Source: Bdellovibrionales bacterium (GTDB lineage Bacteria; Bdellovibrionota; Bdellovibrionia; Bdellovibrionales; JAGQZY01). Taken from it: a stretch of DNA of 64,000 nt. The position numbers were made by a program, and so were the translations under genes. The stretch spans positions 10 to 64,009 of the forward strand of contig CAXRIX010000078.1 in NCBI GenBank assembly GCA_964230555.1. Reading direction: 5' to 3'. Under the pieces are notes generated by a model. It was not told where the DNA came from, did not search any database, and saw nothing but the letters and a program-made list of their open reading frames with translations. Shown in pieces: positions 1 through 10,608 of this stretch (position 1 is its first letter; every line of letters begins with the position of its first letter).

Positions 1-73
1 CATTTTGCGAGCTAAAAACAAATGGGTTTCCGTTCAGACAAATGGTCACCCATTCACACAAATAGTCCTTCAT

Positions 74-3000
74 TTATTGCTCAATAAAATCTTCCTCAAT
101 CCCAATGTTATCGTCGTCGCCATCAGACAATACGCCTGACTCGACAAGTTCGACATTAAGACCCAAACTCTGCAATTCTTTAACAAGTACGTTAAAGGAT
201 TCAGGCAATCCAGGCTCGAGAATGTTTTCACCCTTAACAATGCTCTCGTACATTCGCGTTCGTCCAGCAACGTCATCTGACTTCACTGTTAAGAACTCTT
301 GTAGAGAGTAGGCGGCACCATAAGCTTCGATAGCCCAGACCTCCATCTCCCCGAGACGCTGACCACCGAATTGGGCTTTACCACCCAATGGCTGCTGCGA
401 AACAAGTGAGTAAGGACCGATAGAACGTGCGTGAATTTTTTCTTCAACCAAGTGGTGAAGCTTCAGCATGTACATGATTCCAACCGTTACAGGGTTCTCG
501 AAAGCCTCTCCTGTACGACCATCGAACAGAACCATCTGTCCTGATGTCGGCATGTGGGCTTTCTTCAAAAGATCTTTTACTTGAGATTCTTTGGCACCAT
601 CAAAAACGTGAGAGGCCAAGTGAATCCCTTTATCAACGGCTCTAATCATCTTCTTTAATGAAGCTTCGTCAGCGCCGTCGATTTGTCTGGATAGTTCAGG
701 GTCATCGAAAGTGTCCTTCATGGCCTGACGAGCATTTTCTTCGTTCCAGTTATCCAATTGCTCTTGCAATTGCACACCCAAGTAACGAGCGGCCAATCCC
801 AAGTGGATTTCTAGAACCTGTCCAATATTCATCCGCGATGGAACCCCAAGTGGGTTTAACACCATATCAACAGGTGTTCCATCTGCCAGGTAAGGCATAC
901 TTTCGGCAGGTAAGATTTTAGAAACAACACCTTTGTTTCCGTGACGTCCAGCAAACTTATCTCCAACCTGAAGTTTACGTTTAATCGCAACGTAAACCTT
1001 AACCATTTTGATCACTCCAGGAGGAAGCTCATCACCTTTGGTTAGGCGATCGACTTTCTCGTCGAAGACCAATTTAATGGCATCCAGTTGGTTTCGAGCT
1101 TTATCAACAACACGTGAGACTTGATATTCGATCTCTGATTCCATGGGAATATAAGAAAGAAGTTCAAAGGCGATCGACTCAAGATCTTCACCAGCGATGA
1201 CTTGACCTTTTTCCAATAGCTTTTCAGAGCCGTCTTCATTAAGAAGTGCGCCCGTTGTTTTCTTGCCGACAAGAATGTTTTTCAAGTCCTCAAGAGCGTT
1301 GTTTTTAATAACGTTTTGCTCAACATCAAAATCTTTTTCAATTTTCTTTTTCTTTTGCTCAATGATCGATTGCAAACGGGTGTCGCGATCGACACCTTCG
1401 CGGCTATAAACCTGAGCGTCGATAACGGTTCCAGAAACACCAGAAGGAACACGTAAAGAGGTATCCTTCACGTCACCCGCTTTCTCACCAAAGATCGCTC
1501 TTAAGAGTTTTTCTTCCGGAGACAGCTGAGTTTCACCTTTTGGAGTGACTTTACCGACCAATATATTTCCAGGTCGAACTTCGGCACCAATTCGAATAAC
1601 ACCGGACTCATCCAGATCTTTCAGGGCCTCTTCACCCACGTTGGCGATATCACGAGTGATTTCTTCTTTTCCAAGCTTCGTATCACGCGCCACACACTCG
1701 AACTCTTCGACGTGAATGGAGGTGTAAACGTCATCACGGATCAGACGCTCAGAGATAAGAATAGAATCCTCAAAGTTGTAACCCATCCAAGGTGTGAACG
1801 CGACCAGGATATTTTGCCCAATCGCCAACTCACCAAATTCTGTGGAAGGACCATCAGCAATGATGTCGGTCTTCTTCACACGGTCACCTTTTTCAACAAT
1901 TGGTTTTTGGTTGAAACAGGTATTTTGGTTGGTTCTTTGATATTTTGTTAAGTTGTAGATATCGACGTTGGCACCAAGACCTCCGCCTTTGGCTAAACGA
2001 CGAACGACGATACGAGAGGCATCAACCTCTTCAACAATTCCGTCGTTCATGGCTACAACTGAAGTTCCAGAGTCACGAGCGACAAGCTTTTCAACTCCCG
2101 TTCCTACAAGAGGAGAGTGAGAGCGCAAGCACGGAACCGCCTGCCGTTGCATGTTCGATCCCATCAAGGCACGGTTGGCATCATCGTGCTCAAGGAAAGG
2201 AATCAATGAGGCGGCAATTGAAACCAACTGCGACGGCGAAACATCCATAGAGGACACTTTTTCAGCCGGAGTCATCTGGTACTCACCATTACGACGGGTG
2301 GTGAGCTGCTCCACCTTAAGAGATTCAGCACCTTCACGTGTCGCCGGAGCGATATAATGGTCCGTCTCTTCTAAGGCCGAGAGATAAAGAACTTCTCCAT
2401 CGGTTTCCTTTTCCTCAACTTTTACATACGGAGTTTCAATAAATCCATGGTTGTTAATTCGAGCATAGGTCGCCAATGAAGCAATCAAACCAATGTTTGG
2501 TCCCTCTGGAGTCTCGATTGGACAAATTCGACCATAATGCGTGGGATGAACGTCACGAACCTCAAACCCAGCGCGCGAACGCTCAAGTCCACCTGGGCCG
2601 AGAGCGGATAAACGACGCTTGTGGGTGATTTCTGAAAGTGGGTTGGTTTGGTCCATAAACTGAGACAACTGAGAAGATCCAAAAAATTCCTTCACAACAG
2701 CATTCACAGGTTTTGCATTCACAAGATCGTGAGGCATCATGGTTTCAACATCTTGCAGAGACATTCTTTCACGAATGGCGCGTTCCATACGAACCAAACC
2801 GATTCGGTATTGGTTTTCTAGAAGCTCACCCACAGAACGCACACGACGGTTACCAAGGTGATCGATATCATCGACATTCCCTTTACCGTTACGTAGGTTC
2901 AGCAAAGTGCGAGCCACTTCCATGATGTCTTTTTCTGTTAGAGTCCGATGCTCAACAGGACACTCATCGAAAGGAATGTTGAAGCGGTGATTGATTTTTA

Positions 3001-4240
3001 ATCGGCCCACTTCAGAAAGATCGTAAGTTTCAGGATCGAAAAACAAGCGCTGAAAAAAGTTGGTGGCCGCTTCGATGGTTGGTGGCTCGCCAGGACGCTG
3101 TCTTTTGTAGATTTCGATGATGGCTTCTTCTTTGGTTTCCACTTTATCAACTAACAAGGTGTTGCGAAGATAAGGTCCCACAGCCAATCCATCAAAAAAG
3201 ATAAGATTTATAGTTTTAAGCTTCATTGCGTTCACCGCTTCAAGGACTTCTGGAGTCACTTCAGTGTTTGTATCAGCAATGATTTCGCCGGTGGATTCAT
3301 TAACGATCGGAGCGGCCACCACTTTACCCATAAGGTCATCAGCCGTGAGCTTCAGTTCGTTAATTCCAAGTTCTTTAACTTTGCGAACAGCGGCTCGAGT
3401 GATTCGACGCCCAGCCTTTACAATGGCTTCTCCGCTGTTGGGATCCACGATATCCACGATGGCTCTTTGACCCGCGACTTTTTCGACGTCGAAAGGTCGA
3501 AGGTACTCACCGTTTTTGCCAATTTTTACGGCATCAATATCATGGTAATATTCTAGAATCTGTTGAGTGTCATAACCCAAGGCTTTGAGAACGATGGTGG
3601 CTGGCAATTTACGGCGACGATCAATACGAACGTGCAGAAGATCTTTTTGATCAAATTCAAAATCCAACCAAGATCCACGGTAAGGAATCACACGAGCGGA
3701 ATAAATGTATTTTCCACTGGTTGAGCCTTTTCCTGAGTCGTGATCAAAAAAGACACCGGGTGAACGGTGCAACTGGGAGACAACAACGCGCTCGGTTCCG
3801 TTGACGATAAAAGAACCATTTTTTGTCATTAACGGAATTTCACCGAGATAGACTTCTTGCTCTTTAACATCACGAATGCTGCGAGCTTCGGTTTCTTCAT
3901 CGACATCAAAGACGATCAAGCGAAGGGTCACTTTTACAGGTGAGGCATAGGTCATCCCTCTTTGACGACACTCCTCCACATCATATTTGGGAGGCTCGAG
4001 CACATAACTGACGAACTCCAAGCTTGATGTGTTGTTAAAATCGCTAATCGGAAAAACAGACTTAAAAACTCCATTAAGCCCATCTTCACCACGACGATCA
4101 GAATCTACATTTTTTTGCAAAAAGGCTTCATAAGAGCTTTTCTGCATCTCAATAAGATTTGGAATATCGATAGCGACGTTGTTTTGAGAAAATGATTTCC
4201 GTAAACGGACATTCGAAGCGGTCACCGGACTGGTTGCCAT
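74..4240 (-). CDS. rpoB: DNA-directed RNA polymerase subunit beta
   Basis: ORF 74..4291 (1405 aa) is RpoB end to end ([46 protein letters not shown]). The preferred start is ATG 4240 (MATSPVTAS...), with a GAGGGAGAG Shine-Dalgarno-like run just upstream. The ORF-track start at 4291 adds 17 non-conserved residues. Confidence 0.97.
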   Translation of the reverse strand: MATSPVTASNVRLRKSFSQNNVAIDIPNLIEMQKSSYEAFLQKNVDSDRRGEDGLNGVFKSVFPISDFNNTSSLEFVSYVLEPPKYDVEECRQRGMTYASPVKVTLRLIVFDVDEETEARSIRDVKEQEVYLGEIPLMTKNGSFIVNGTERVVVSQLHRSPGVFFDHDSGKGSTSGKYIYSARVIPYRGSWLDFEFDQKDLLHVRIDRRRKLPATIVLKALGYDTQQILEYYHDIDAVKIGKNGEYLRPFDVEKVAGQRAIVDIVDPNSGEAIVKAGRRITRAAVRKVKELGINELKLTADDLMGKVVAAPIVNESTGEIIADTNTEVTPEVLEAVNAMKLKTINLIFFDGLAVGPYLRNTLLVDKVETKEEAIIEIYKRQRPGEPPTIEAATNFFQRLFFDPETYDLSEVGRLKINHRFNIPFDECPVEHRTLTEKDIMEVARTLLNLRNGKGNVDDIDHLGNRRVRSVGELLENQYRIGLVRMERAIRERMSLQDVETMMPHDLVNAKPVNAVVKEFFGSSQLSQFMDQTNPLSEITHKRRLSALGPGGLERSRAGFEVRDVHPTHYGRICPIETPEGPNIGLIASLATYARINNHGFIETPYVKVEEKETDGEVLYLSALEETDHYIAPATREGAESLKVEQLTTRRNGEYQMTPAEKVSSMDVSPSQLVSIAASLIPFLEHDDANRALMGSNMQRQAVPCLRSHSPLVGTGVEKLVARDSGTSVVAMNDGIVEEVDASRIVVRRLAKGGGLGANVDIYNLTKYQRTNQNTCFNQKPIVEKGDRVKKTDIIADGPSTEFGELAIGQNILVAFTPWMGYNFEDSILISERLIRDDVYTSIHVEEFECVARDTKLGKEEITRDIANVGEEALKDLDESGVIRIGAEVRPGNILVGKVTPKGETQLSPEEKLLRAIFGEKAGDVKDTSLRVPSGVSGTVIDAQVYSREGVDRDTRLQSIIEQKKKKIEKDFDVEQNVIKNNALEDLKNILVGKKTTGALLNEDGSEKLLEKGQVIAGEDLESIAFELLSYIPMESEIEYQVSRVVDKARNQLDAIKLVFDEKVDRLTKGDELPPGVIKMVKVYVAIKRKLQVGDKFAGRHGNKGVVSKILPAESMPYLADGTPVDMVLNPLGVPSRMNIGQVLEIHLGLAARYLGVQLQEQLDNWNEENARQAMKDTFDDPELSRQIDGADEASLKKMIRAVDKGIHLASHVFDGAKESQVKDLLKKAHMPTSGQMVLFDGRTGEAFENPVTVGIMYMLKLHHLVEEKIHARSIGPYSLVSQQPLGGKAQFGGQRLGEMEVWAIEAYGAAYSLQEFLTVKSDDVAGRTRMYESIVKGENILEPGLPESFNVLVKELQSLGLNVELVESGVLSDGDDDNIGIEEDFIEQ

Positions 4241-4360
4241 TCGCTCTCCCTCTTTCAGTGACAAACCCCGTTTTGGCGGGTGTTCGTCCATTTTTTAAGC
4301 CAGGGTCCTTTGCGCACGAGCACCCGAGCCTAAATCCACATTAATCCACAAGCACATAAA

Positions 4361-4385
4361 GGGAAGACCCTTCAAAGACCTTCCC
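4361..4385 (-). terminator. Hairpin in the rplL-rpoB spacer, a possible attenuator or processing hairpin
   Basis: gggaagacccttcaaagaccttccc has a 6-bp GGGAAG/CTTCCC stem. Two G-U pairs and a C-G pair extend it in the minus-strand RNA, and TTTAT follows. E. coli has a partial terminator in the equivalent spacer. Confidence 0.35.
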
Positions 4386-4518
4386 TTTTTGCCAAGTCTT
4401 GTTCCGAATTCCTGTTTTCGGCTCCTGCCGCGTATTTTAACGCGGCGATCGCCTTTTTTCGGGATTCAGACCAATTCTCGGCCTTTCATCTTACTAAAAA
4501 TTATCAAAAATCAAAGTC

Positions 4519-4896
4519 TTACTTAACTTCAACTTTTGCACCAGCTTTTTCTAGAGCTTCCTTGATTTTATCAGCTTCTTCTTTAGGAACTCCTTCTTTA
4601 ACTGGCTTTGGGGCACCTTCAACCAAGTCTTTGGCTTCTTTTAGGCCAAGACCAGTGATGGTACGAACTTCTTTAATAACGTTGATTTTCTTGTCTCCAG
4701 CAGAAGCCAAGATAACGTCAAATTCAGTTTTCTCTTCAGCAGCAGCACCACCAGCAGCAGCACCACCAGCAGCAACAGCCACAGGAGCGGCAGCAGAAAC
4801 GCCCCACTTTTCTTCTAGTTCATTTACAAGGTCAGCGATTTCCATTACTGACATGTTCTAAAGAAAATCAATTACTGCATCTTTATTTAAAGCCAT
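4519..4896 (-). CDS. rplL: 50S ribosomal protein L7/L12, with the reading frame interrupted by an in-frame TAG at 4858..4860 (the uninterrupted ORF is 4519..4854)
   Basis: ORF 4519..4854 starts [24 protein letters not shown] and ends [14 protein letters not shown], typical of L7/L12. Upstream in the same frame, ATG 4896 with GGAG at 4904..4907 encodes [12 protein letters not shown], then TAG, then N-MSVMEI. This is collinear with canonical L12 N-termini. Confidence 0.9.
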
Positions 4897-4939
4897 TTTA
4901 ATACTCCGTTTATTCTTTAATATTTAAGTTCAAATTCAA

Positions 4940-5467
4940 TTATTCGCCTTTAGTGTCTTTATAGGCATTCATCACATTCAAGAAACCACTTGGCACAGCG
5001 TTCATGACGCGAACCGCACTGGTTGCTGGAGCCATAAATACACTGAGTAGTTTCGCTCTAAGCTCATCTTTTCCAGGTAGCGTGGCAAGATATTGAATCT
5101 TACCCTCATCCAACTTAGCGCCTTCCATAACACCTGTTTTTACCTTTAAGGCCTCAACCTCTTTGCTAAACTCAGTAAGAGCTTTGGCAGAAGCTGAAGG
5201 ATCTTCATAGGCAAAAACAAAGGCATTTGTGCCAACAAACTCACCATCAAGGGCTTTATCCGTATCTGGATGATCTTTTAGAGCCAATTTGGCGAGAGTG
5301 TTTCTAACCACCTTCATCTCAGAGTCGATATTACGAAGGCCTTTGCGCAAGTTTGTTACCTGCTCAACGTCCATTCCAGTAAAATCAACGAGAAAAGTGG
5401 CTTTCGCACGAGAAAGGTTGCTGGATAGCTGGCTGATTCGCTCCGCTTTTTGCGCGCGTGTTAGCAT
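4940..5467 (-). CDS. rplJ: 50S ribosomal protein L10
   Basis: MLTRAQKAERISQLSSNLSRAKATFLVDFTGMDVEQVTNLRKGLR is typical of L10. ATG 5467 is preceded by AGGAGG (5475..5480) at 7-nt spacing. The ORF-track TTG start at 5473 is less likely. Confidence 0.95.
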   Translation of the reverse strand: MLTRAQKAERISQLSSNLSRAKATFLVDFTGMDVEQVTNLRKGLRNIDSEMKVVRNTLAKLALKDHPDTDKALDGEFVGTNAFVFAYEDPSASAKALTEFSKEVEALKVKTGVMEGAKLDEGKIQYLATLPGKDELRAKLLSVFMAPATSAVRVMNAVPSGFLNVMNAYKDTKGE

Positions 5468-5473
5468 TGGCAA

Positions 5474-5657
5474 TCCTCCTTTCAGTCCCGTTTTGGCGAT
5501 TCAGAAATTTTGCGGAGGCCTTCATTGCTCACGGAGCATCCGGCTTTCCCACAATCTCAATAGGCCCTATGGTTTAAACCCGCTCACCGGGCACCTATCG
5601 TCTTCGATCGCGATTAATCCATGGAGGCTCACCGCTTGCGGGGTGAGCTACCAAAGA
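5474..5657 (-). promoter_or_regulatory. Probable L10 (rplJL) autoregulatory leader RNA region
   Basis: A 184-nt structured spacer lies between rplA and rplJ. It contains the hairpin GCTCACC-CCGCAAGC-GGTGAGC (about 5628..5650). The position matches the known L10(L12)4-binding leader, but the structure was not modelled. Confidence 0.45.
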
Positions 5658-6356
5658 TTAAGTCATTTTAAAGCTGCTGGTATCAACAGAGACACCAGGG
5701 CCCATGCTTGAAGAAACATCCACTTTTCTGAAGTAAACTCCCTTAGAAGAGGAAGGCTTGGCTTTAGAAAGGGCATGAATCAAGCTCATGAAGTTGTCTT
5801 TTAATTTATCAGAACCCATGGATTTCTTACCGATTCCGGCATGAACAATTCCAGCTTTTTCAACTCGGAAGGAACACTTTCCTTTTTTCTCAGCCGAAAC
5901 TGCGTCACCAACGTTCATGGTAACAGTACCCACCTTAGGGTTTGGCATCAGACCACGTGGGCCTAAAATCTTCGCCACTTTCGAGACTGTCGCCATCATG
6001 TCTGGTGTTGCAATGGCCTTGTCAAAATCAAGCCAGCCGCCTTTGATTTTCTCAACCAAATCGTCGGCTCCAACAAAATCCGCTCCAGCTTCTTGAGCTT
6101 CTTTTTCTTTTGGTCCTTTTGCGAAAACCAAAACACGAACGTCTTTACCGACGCCATGGGGAAGAGAAACGGATCCACGCACTTGCTGATCACTTTGCTT
6201 CGGGTCAACACCCAAGCGAATTGCAACATCAACGTTTTCGTCAAACTTAGCCGTTGAAGTTTCTGTTACAAGTTGGAAAGCTTCGGCCACACCATAACGA
6301 TTGGTACGATCGACTTTTTCTTTATTACTTTTTGTTCGTTTTGATAGCTTACCCAT
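5658..6356 (-). CDS. rplA: 50S ribosomal protein L1
   Basis: 232 aa with [33 protein letters not shown] and [15 protein letters not shown]; sits in operon position after rplK. Confidence 0.96.
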   Translation of the reverse strand: MGKLSKRTKSNKEKVDRTNRYGVAEAFQLVTETSTAKFDENVDVAIRLGVDPKQSDQQVRGSVSLPHGVGKDVRVLVFAKGPKEKEAQEAGADFVGADDLVEKIKGGWLDFDKAIATPDMMATVSKVAKILGPRGLMPNPKVGTVTMNVGDAVSAEKKGKCSFRVEKAGIVHAGIGKKSMGSDKLKDNFMSLIHALSKAKPSSSKGVYFRKVDVSSSMGPGVSVDTSSFKMT

Positions 6357-6367
6357 TTTCTAATCCT

Positions 6368-6793
6368 TTACCCAACGACTTCAATGCCCATGCTTTTGCA
6401 AGTTCCAACAACTTGATTGATAGCACTTTCAACAGTGACACAATTCAAGTCAGGTAGTTTGGTCTCAGCAATCTTTTTAACTTCGTCCATTTTAATTTTT
6501 GCTACTTTGTCTTTTTGAGGCATTTTTGAACCACTTTTCAATTTGCAAGCCTCTTTGATCATGACTGACGTTGGAGGTGTTTTGGTGATGAAAGTGAATG
6601 AACGATCTTGATAGACAGTAATAACCACAGGAATAATTGTATTTCCCGCTTTTTGCGTTTTCGCATTGAACTGCTTACAAAAATCCATGATATTCACACC
6701 ATGCTGACCAAGAGCGGGACCAACAGGAGGCGCTGGATTTGCTTTACCAGCAGGAATTTGCAGCTTAATCATTCCGGTGACTTTTTTAGCCAT
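6368..6793 (-). CDS. rplK: 50S ribosomal protein L11
   Basis: 141 aa starting [43 protein letters not shown]. Confidence 0.96.
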   Translation of the reverse strand: MAKKVTGMIKLQIPAGKANPAPPVGPALGQHGVNIMDFCKQFNAKTQKAGNTIIPVVITVYQDRSFTFITKTPPTSVMIKEACKLKSGSKMPQKDKVAKIKMDEVKKIAETKLPDLNCVTVESAINQVVGTCKSMGIEVVG

Positions 6794-7030
6794 TTTAGAA
6801 CTCCAATTTTTTTCGACAATGAAATGACCGATATAGTCGATAAAGTCCAGTGGATCAAGGGCGATTTAGGAATTCTCTTATATTTTTCAGAAACTTGAGG
6901 GGCCAGAAAAACTGTTCTTTTTCCCGCGCGCTGTGCGCGTCATTTTTACCGGGTTATTTTATTCAAATCAGTCCCCAGGTAAACTCTTTCTTGGATGTAA
7001 CCCTTTTTATTTCGATCTGACGGAGCTTCC

Positions 7031-8020
7031 ATGAAAAAAATTTTAGTGACGGGTGGCGCCGGCTACATCGGCAGTCATACTTGCAAAGCTCTGCATAGGA
7101 AAGGCTTTCTTCCGGTCAGCTACGATAATTTATGCCGCGGCCATCGATCGGCGGTCCGCTGGGGCCCCCTGATTGAGGGCGACCTCCACGATCACGCCAA
7201 ACTGACCGAAGTTTTGAAAACTGAGAATATCGATGCGGTCCTGCATTTTGCCGCCTTCGCCTACATTCAAGAGTCTGTGGAAAATCCACAGATGTACTTT
7301 CAAAACAATGTTGAAGGCAGCATTCTGTTGTTTGAGGCCATGGCTCAAGCTGGGGTAAAAAAAATAATTTTTTCAAGCACTTGCGCCACCTACGGGGAGT
7401 CAAAACAGGCCCTCATCGACGAAAACCATCCGCAAAACCCCATCAACCCTTATGGCCTCAGCAAACTGATGGTGGAAACAATTCTTCAGAAATATAAGGA
7501 ACTGGGTGTTATGGATTTTTGTGCTCTTCGATATTTTAACGGAGCCGGTGCTGACCCCGAATTGGAAATCGGCGAAACCCACAACCCCGAACCCCACCTT
7601 ATCCCCAGTCTGATTCAAAAAGTTTTAGACGGCGAACCTCTGACCATCAATGGCAAGAGCTATCCAACGGCCGACGGCACTTGCGTTCGAGACTTTATTC
7701 ATGTTGCAGACCTGGCCAACGCCCACGTTTTAGCCCTGGAGGCTTTATTGGAGCAACGCCATCAACGGAGTTTCTATAATTTGGGGAGCCAACAAGGCTA
7801 TTCTCTTCTAGAAATTGCGGCTGCCATTGGCGAAAGCCTTGGAACTTCTCCCACTCTGGAATTTCACCCACCGCGCTCAGGCGACCCCGCCCGCCTGGTG
7901 GGTGATGCGCAACGTTTCAAGGAAGAATTCCACTGGCAACCAAAACACTCTGATTTAAACACCATGATCGACACCGCCGTCCGTTGGCAAAAAAGACTTA
8001 GAGAAGAGACAGGGCTATGA
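7031..8020 (+). CDS. galE: UDP-glucose 4-epimerase
   Basis: 329 aa with the Rossmann motif VTGGAGYIGSH, an SDR YxxxK (YGLSKLMVE), and GalE-like length and C-terminus. GGAG lies upstream of the ATG. Confidence 0.85.
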   Translation: MKKILVTGGAGYIGSHTCKALHRKGFLPVSYDNLCRGHRSAVRWGPLIEGDLHDHAKLTEVLKTENIDAVLHFAAFAYIQESVENPQMYFQNNVEGSILLFEAMAQAGVKKIIFSSTCATYGESKQALIDENHPQNPINPYGLSKLMVETILQKYKELGVMDFCALRYFNGAGADPELEIGETHNPEPHLIPSLIQKVLDGEPLTINGKSYPTADGTCVRDFIHVADLANAHVLALEALLEQRHQRSFYNLGSQQGYSLLEIAAAIGESLGTSPTLEFHPPRSGDPARLVGDAQRFKEEFHWQPKHSDLNTMIDTAVRWQKRLREETGL

Positions 8021-8596
8021 TTGTTTCCAGTCTTCAAAAAGAGTGCGGATGCTCCCCTTGGGGGGAGGACTGGGCCATAAAGGAATCCATTGAGCCAAGA
8101 AATGGCCTTTGGTTTTTTTTCTAAAAAATACTTCGTGATCCCACTCAAGCTCTCCGAAGGCGAGAAGCTCATCGATATATTGGTGATGTCCCGCCGAATA
8201 AGCGAGACGAGCAGCGACTTCATACTCAAAAATATTCGTACTCTCTAACTTCCCGGCTCCATACATTGGAATGAACCAGCCACCGAAAAGACATAAAAAA
8301 CCAATGGTGAGGCCGATACAAGCAAAGGTCAACTCTCGCAAACGACGAGGCTTAGCGCCTTGTTCTTGCAGCATCTCGCAAATGCGTTGTCGATGATGAA
8401 GCTCTTCGTCGCGAATCTTTTTAATTTCCTTTTTCTCAATCGCACTGGTCACAAACAAGGATTTATAATGACCCGTATAAGCGTAAGCTGCGGCCAGCTC
8501 ACCAGCGTGAGCATTTTGCAGCACTCGCACAAACTGGCTCTGCGCCTCAGTTTGAGACAGTTTTGGAAAATGAGTCAACTGGCTGGGCTTAAACAT
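8015..8596 (-). CDS. Ferritin-like di-iron carboxylate family protein with a central hydrophobic segment
   Basis: 193 aa with an E...ExxH pattern twice (GELAAAYAY, DEELHH, YEVAARL, ELEWDHE) and a hydrophobic stretch CIGLTIGFLCLFGGWFIPMY. Specific function unknown. Confidence 0.5.
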   Translation of the reverse strand: MFKPSQLTHFPKLSQTEAQSQFVRVLQNAHAGELAAAYAYTGHYKSLFVTSAIEKKEIKKIRDEELHHRQRICEMLQEQGAKPRRLRELTFACIGLTIGFLCLFGGWFIPMYGAGKLESTNIFEYEVAARLAYSAGHHQYIDELLAFGELEWDHEVFFRKKTKGHFLAQWIPLWPSPPPKGSIRTLFEDWKQS

Positions 8597-8792
8597 GTCT
8601 CTTTATAGCACGACGATTTCAATTTAAGTATTTTTTAGTTCTTTCTTGGATTTCTAACCTTTCGTTTGTGACTTTGATTTCAAATCAGAAATTCCCCTAT
8701 CTCGTCGTCATCGATGGACTGAATGGTCACAGGAGCCGCCCCTTGGTAGAGGTTTTCACAGCTTTGCAGCGCCACTCGAACCTCCCTTGTTA

Positions 8793-8819
8793 TTAAGCGA
8801 TCTCAGCAACTGACCGAAC
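8793..8819 (+). promoter_or_regulatory. Sigma-28 (FliA)-like promoter: TTAAG-N16-CCGAAC, with the -10 element 7 nt before ATG 8827
   Basis: TTAAG at 8793..8797 and CCGAAC at 8814..8819. The geometry matches that upstream of both fibre genes. There is no Shine-Dalgarno sequence between it and the ATG. Confidence 0.4.
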
Positions 8820-8826
8820 AATTTTT

Positions 8827-10599
8827 ATGTCTACTTTAAAAGTTTTTCTCACCACTGTTGTATTCGCTAGTTTTCAACTTTTTACTTTTCAAGCTCATGC
8901 CTTTGAAGCCTGGTGGCAATGCTCCAGTCGAATCGGCGGAGACTGGACTTTCGGCCGCGCCCCTTATTCCTGCCTAGTCGATCATATGCAAACCCAATCG
9001 ACGGTTAAGAATCAATATGGGCCCATCCTTTTTGAGGACGCACGATCTCGAAACACCGAGCGTGGACGCTACATGAACGAACTGAACGCTGTTGCTAAAG
9101 AGATGGCGCGATTTTATTTACAAAAAAGAAAGCCGCAAGCCAGTGAAGCTGAAATTCAAGCTTTTACAAAAGGTCTTTTGACACTTATGCACCAAGAAAC
9201 TGTGTGGTCCCATTTTCGTGTCGGCACCGACAATCGCGTGCGCTACATGCGTGGAGACAGTGGCCACGGTCACGGACTGATGCAAGTCGATGATCGCTCG
9301 CACCAGTCGGCTCTGTTGAGTGGCAAAGGCGTCGACCTGGCCCACAATATGGTTTACGGGTTGGATATTTTTTACGATGCTTGGCAACGGGCTCCGTCGC
9401 AAAGCTGTGTCAGTAGCTCGTCCAACTATACGGCGCGAACTCGCTCGGCATGGGCGGCTTACAATGGTGGGCCCGCACGCATCTGTCGATGGGCCAATCC
9501 GTCGAGCCCCTTTGCTCACCATGACGAACAGTTTTTAAGTAAATTGCGCAACCAGACCTTTAAAAGTTGGATCAGTTCAGAGACTCACAAAACTGATCTT
9601 AATATTTCTTGTCTGGTTGACGGCTCACGCCCCTGCGCCAACACCGGATCTGGCCCTGTTGTGCCGTCGGAGAATGAGGCTTATCAAATTGGCGATCTTT
9701 TCTGTCGATGGGGACAGTCGCTTTACTGTGTTGAGAGATTGAACGACCTTAAGTGCTTGGAGCTGGCTGACAACAGATCCTATCCCGTGCGTGGATCTCT
9801 TGACGAAGACCAAGTCGGCAACCGCCCTGTGGTGATCGCCGATCGTAATCAGCTTTGTGGTGAAAACGTGCAGGGACTTTTTGAAGTAAGCCAGCAGGTG
9901 GAACTTTTAAAAAATATCAACGTTCGCAAAACACCCGGTGGAGAGCTTTTAACAACCGCCAGCAGCGGCTTGCAGACGCGAGTTCTTGACTTTGCGGTGA
10001 CAAGCTCTTCGGATCAAAAGCGCTATTACAAAATTAACAGTGACGGCACTGAAGGCTACGTCTACGCCGGTGACAAACAAAGCTTTTTGGAGTGGGTCAC
10101 CGATGTCGAGGAACCGGTTGAACCAGAATCTTTGATTGCGCGCGTGGGAGACGACATTGAAGTGGTTGCTCCCTTTGGAATCAATTTACGAACATCACCC
10201 GGTGGCCGACTGCTTGTGCGTGTTCCTAATAGCGAGACTGTAGAGGTTGTTGATCGGATCGTCCAAGGCAGTAAAAACTATCTTTACTACAAAGTGCAGT
10301 ACCAAAACAGCGTTGGCTACATTTACTCGGGCTACCTTGATGATATGGAAACGGTTCCGCAATGGACTGTTGTCGTTAAAAGTTCCAACTTTTTGGCTCT
10401 TAATAGCAGCGTGCCATTCCGCTTTTTAAAGGCCTGCCCCAGCGACAGTTGTGATTTCACCTCGTCGGCTCTTCGCAGCGGCAGTGAACTTGATCAAGTG
10501 GAAGTTCTTGCAAGCCAAGGCCCTTGGGTGCGTGTTGCTAACACTGACAAGACCAAACAAGGCTGGATTCTGCTGTCTGACCTTCAGGAACAAAACTAG
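8827..10599 (+). CDS. Secreted goose-type (GH23) lysozyme / lytic transglycosylase with C-terminal SH3b-like repeats
   Basis: Signal peptide ending AHA-F. Catalytic-region signature HQETVWSHF...GDSGHGHGLMQVDDRSH...AWAAYNGGP, which matches g-type lysozyme GDxGxGxGLMQVDxRxH. The C-terminal half has three SH3b-like segments (NVRKTPGGELL..., NLRTSPGGRLLVRV...YYKVQYQNSVGYIYSGYL, WVRVANTDKTKQGWILLSDL). Confidence 0.75.
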   Translation: MSTLKVFLTTVVFASFQLFTFQAHAFEAWWQCSSRIGGDWTFGRAPYSCLVDHMQTQSTVKNQYGPILFEDARSRNTERGRYMNELNAVAKEMARFYLQKRKPQASEAEIQAFTKGLLTLMHQETVWSHFRVGTDNRVRYMRGDSGHGHGLMQVDDRSHQSALLSGKGVDLAHNMVYGLDIFYDAWQRAPSQSCVSSSSNYTARTRSAWAAYNGGPARICRWANPSSPFAHHDEQFLSKLRNQTFKSWISSETHKTDLNISCLVDGSRPCANTGSGPVVPSENEAYQIGDLFCRWGQSLYCVERLNDLKCLELADNRSYPVRGSLDEDQVGNRPVVIADRNQLCGENVQGLFEVSQQVELLKNINVRKTPGGELLTTASSGLQTRVLDFAVTSSSDQKRYYKINSDGTEGYVYAGDKQSFLEWVTDVEEPVEPESLIARVGDDIEVVAPFGINLRTSPGGRLLVRVPNSETVEVVDRIVQGSKNYLYYKVQYQNSVGYIYSGYLDDMETVPQWTVVVKSSNFLALNSSVPFRFLKACPSDSCDFTSSALRSGSELDQVEVLASQGPWVRVANTDKTKQGWILLSDLQEQN

Positions 10600-10608
10600 G
10601 GAGTTGTC

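Noticed and set aside
1-73. Possible 5' end of rpoC: ATG at 73..71 directly after the rpoB stop (TAAATG) gives MKDYLCEWVTICLNGNPFVFSSQN..., open to the window edge; another ATG lies at 3..1
   Set aside because: Only MKD resembles the usual RpoC N-terminus (MKDLL...), and the remaining 21 residues do not. The alternative ATG at the very edge would give a typical intergenic spacer of about 70 nt. There is too little sequence to decide, so nothing is annotated.
4858-4860. Genome-wide reassignment of TAG to a sense codon as the explanation for the rplL interruption
   Set aside because: TAG terminates several well-delimited genes in this window (for example at 10597..10599, 12004..12006, 26238..26240, 38998..39000 and 47703..47705). 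No other conserved gene is broken by a TAG.
4562-4861. Numerous 60-160-aa ORFs nested antisense or out of frame within rpoB, rplL, rplA, tuf, clpB, the fibre genes and others (for example 4562..4861, 5996..6244, 12730..13224, 20135..20509)
   Set aside because: All lie entirely within strongly supported genes, lack RBSs and have low-complexity or biased compositions typical of shadow ORFs.
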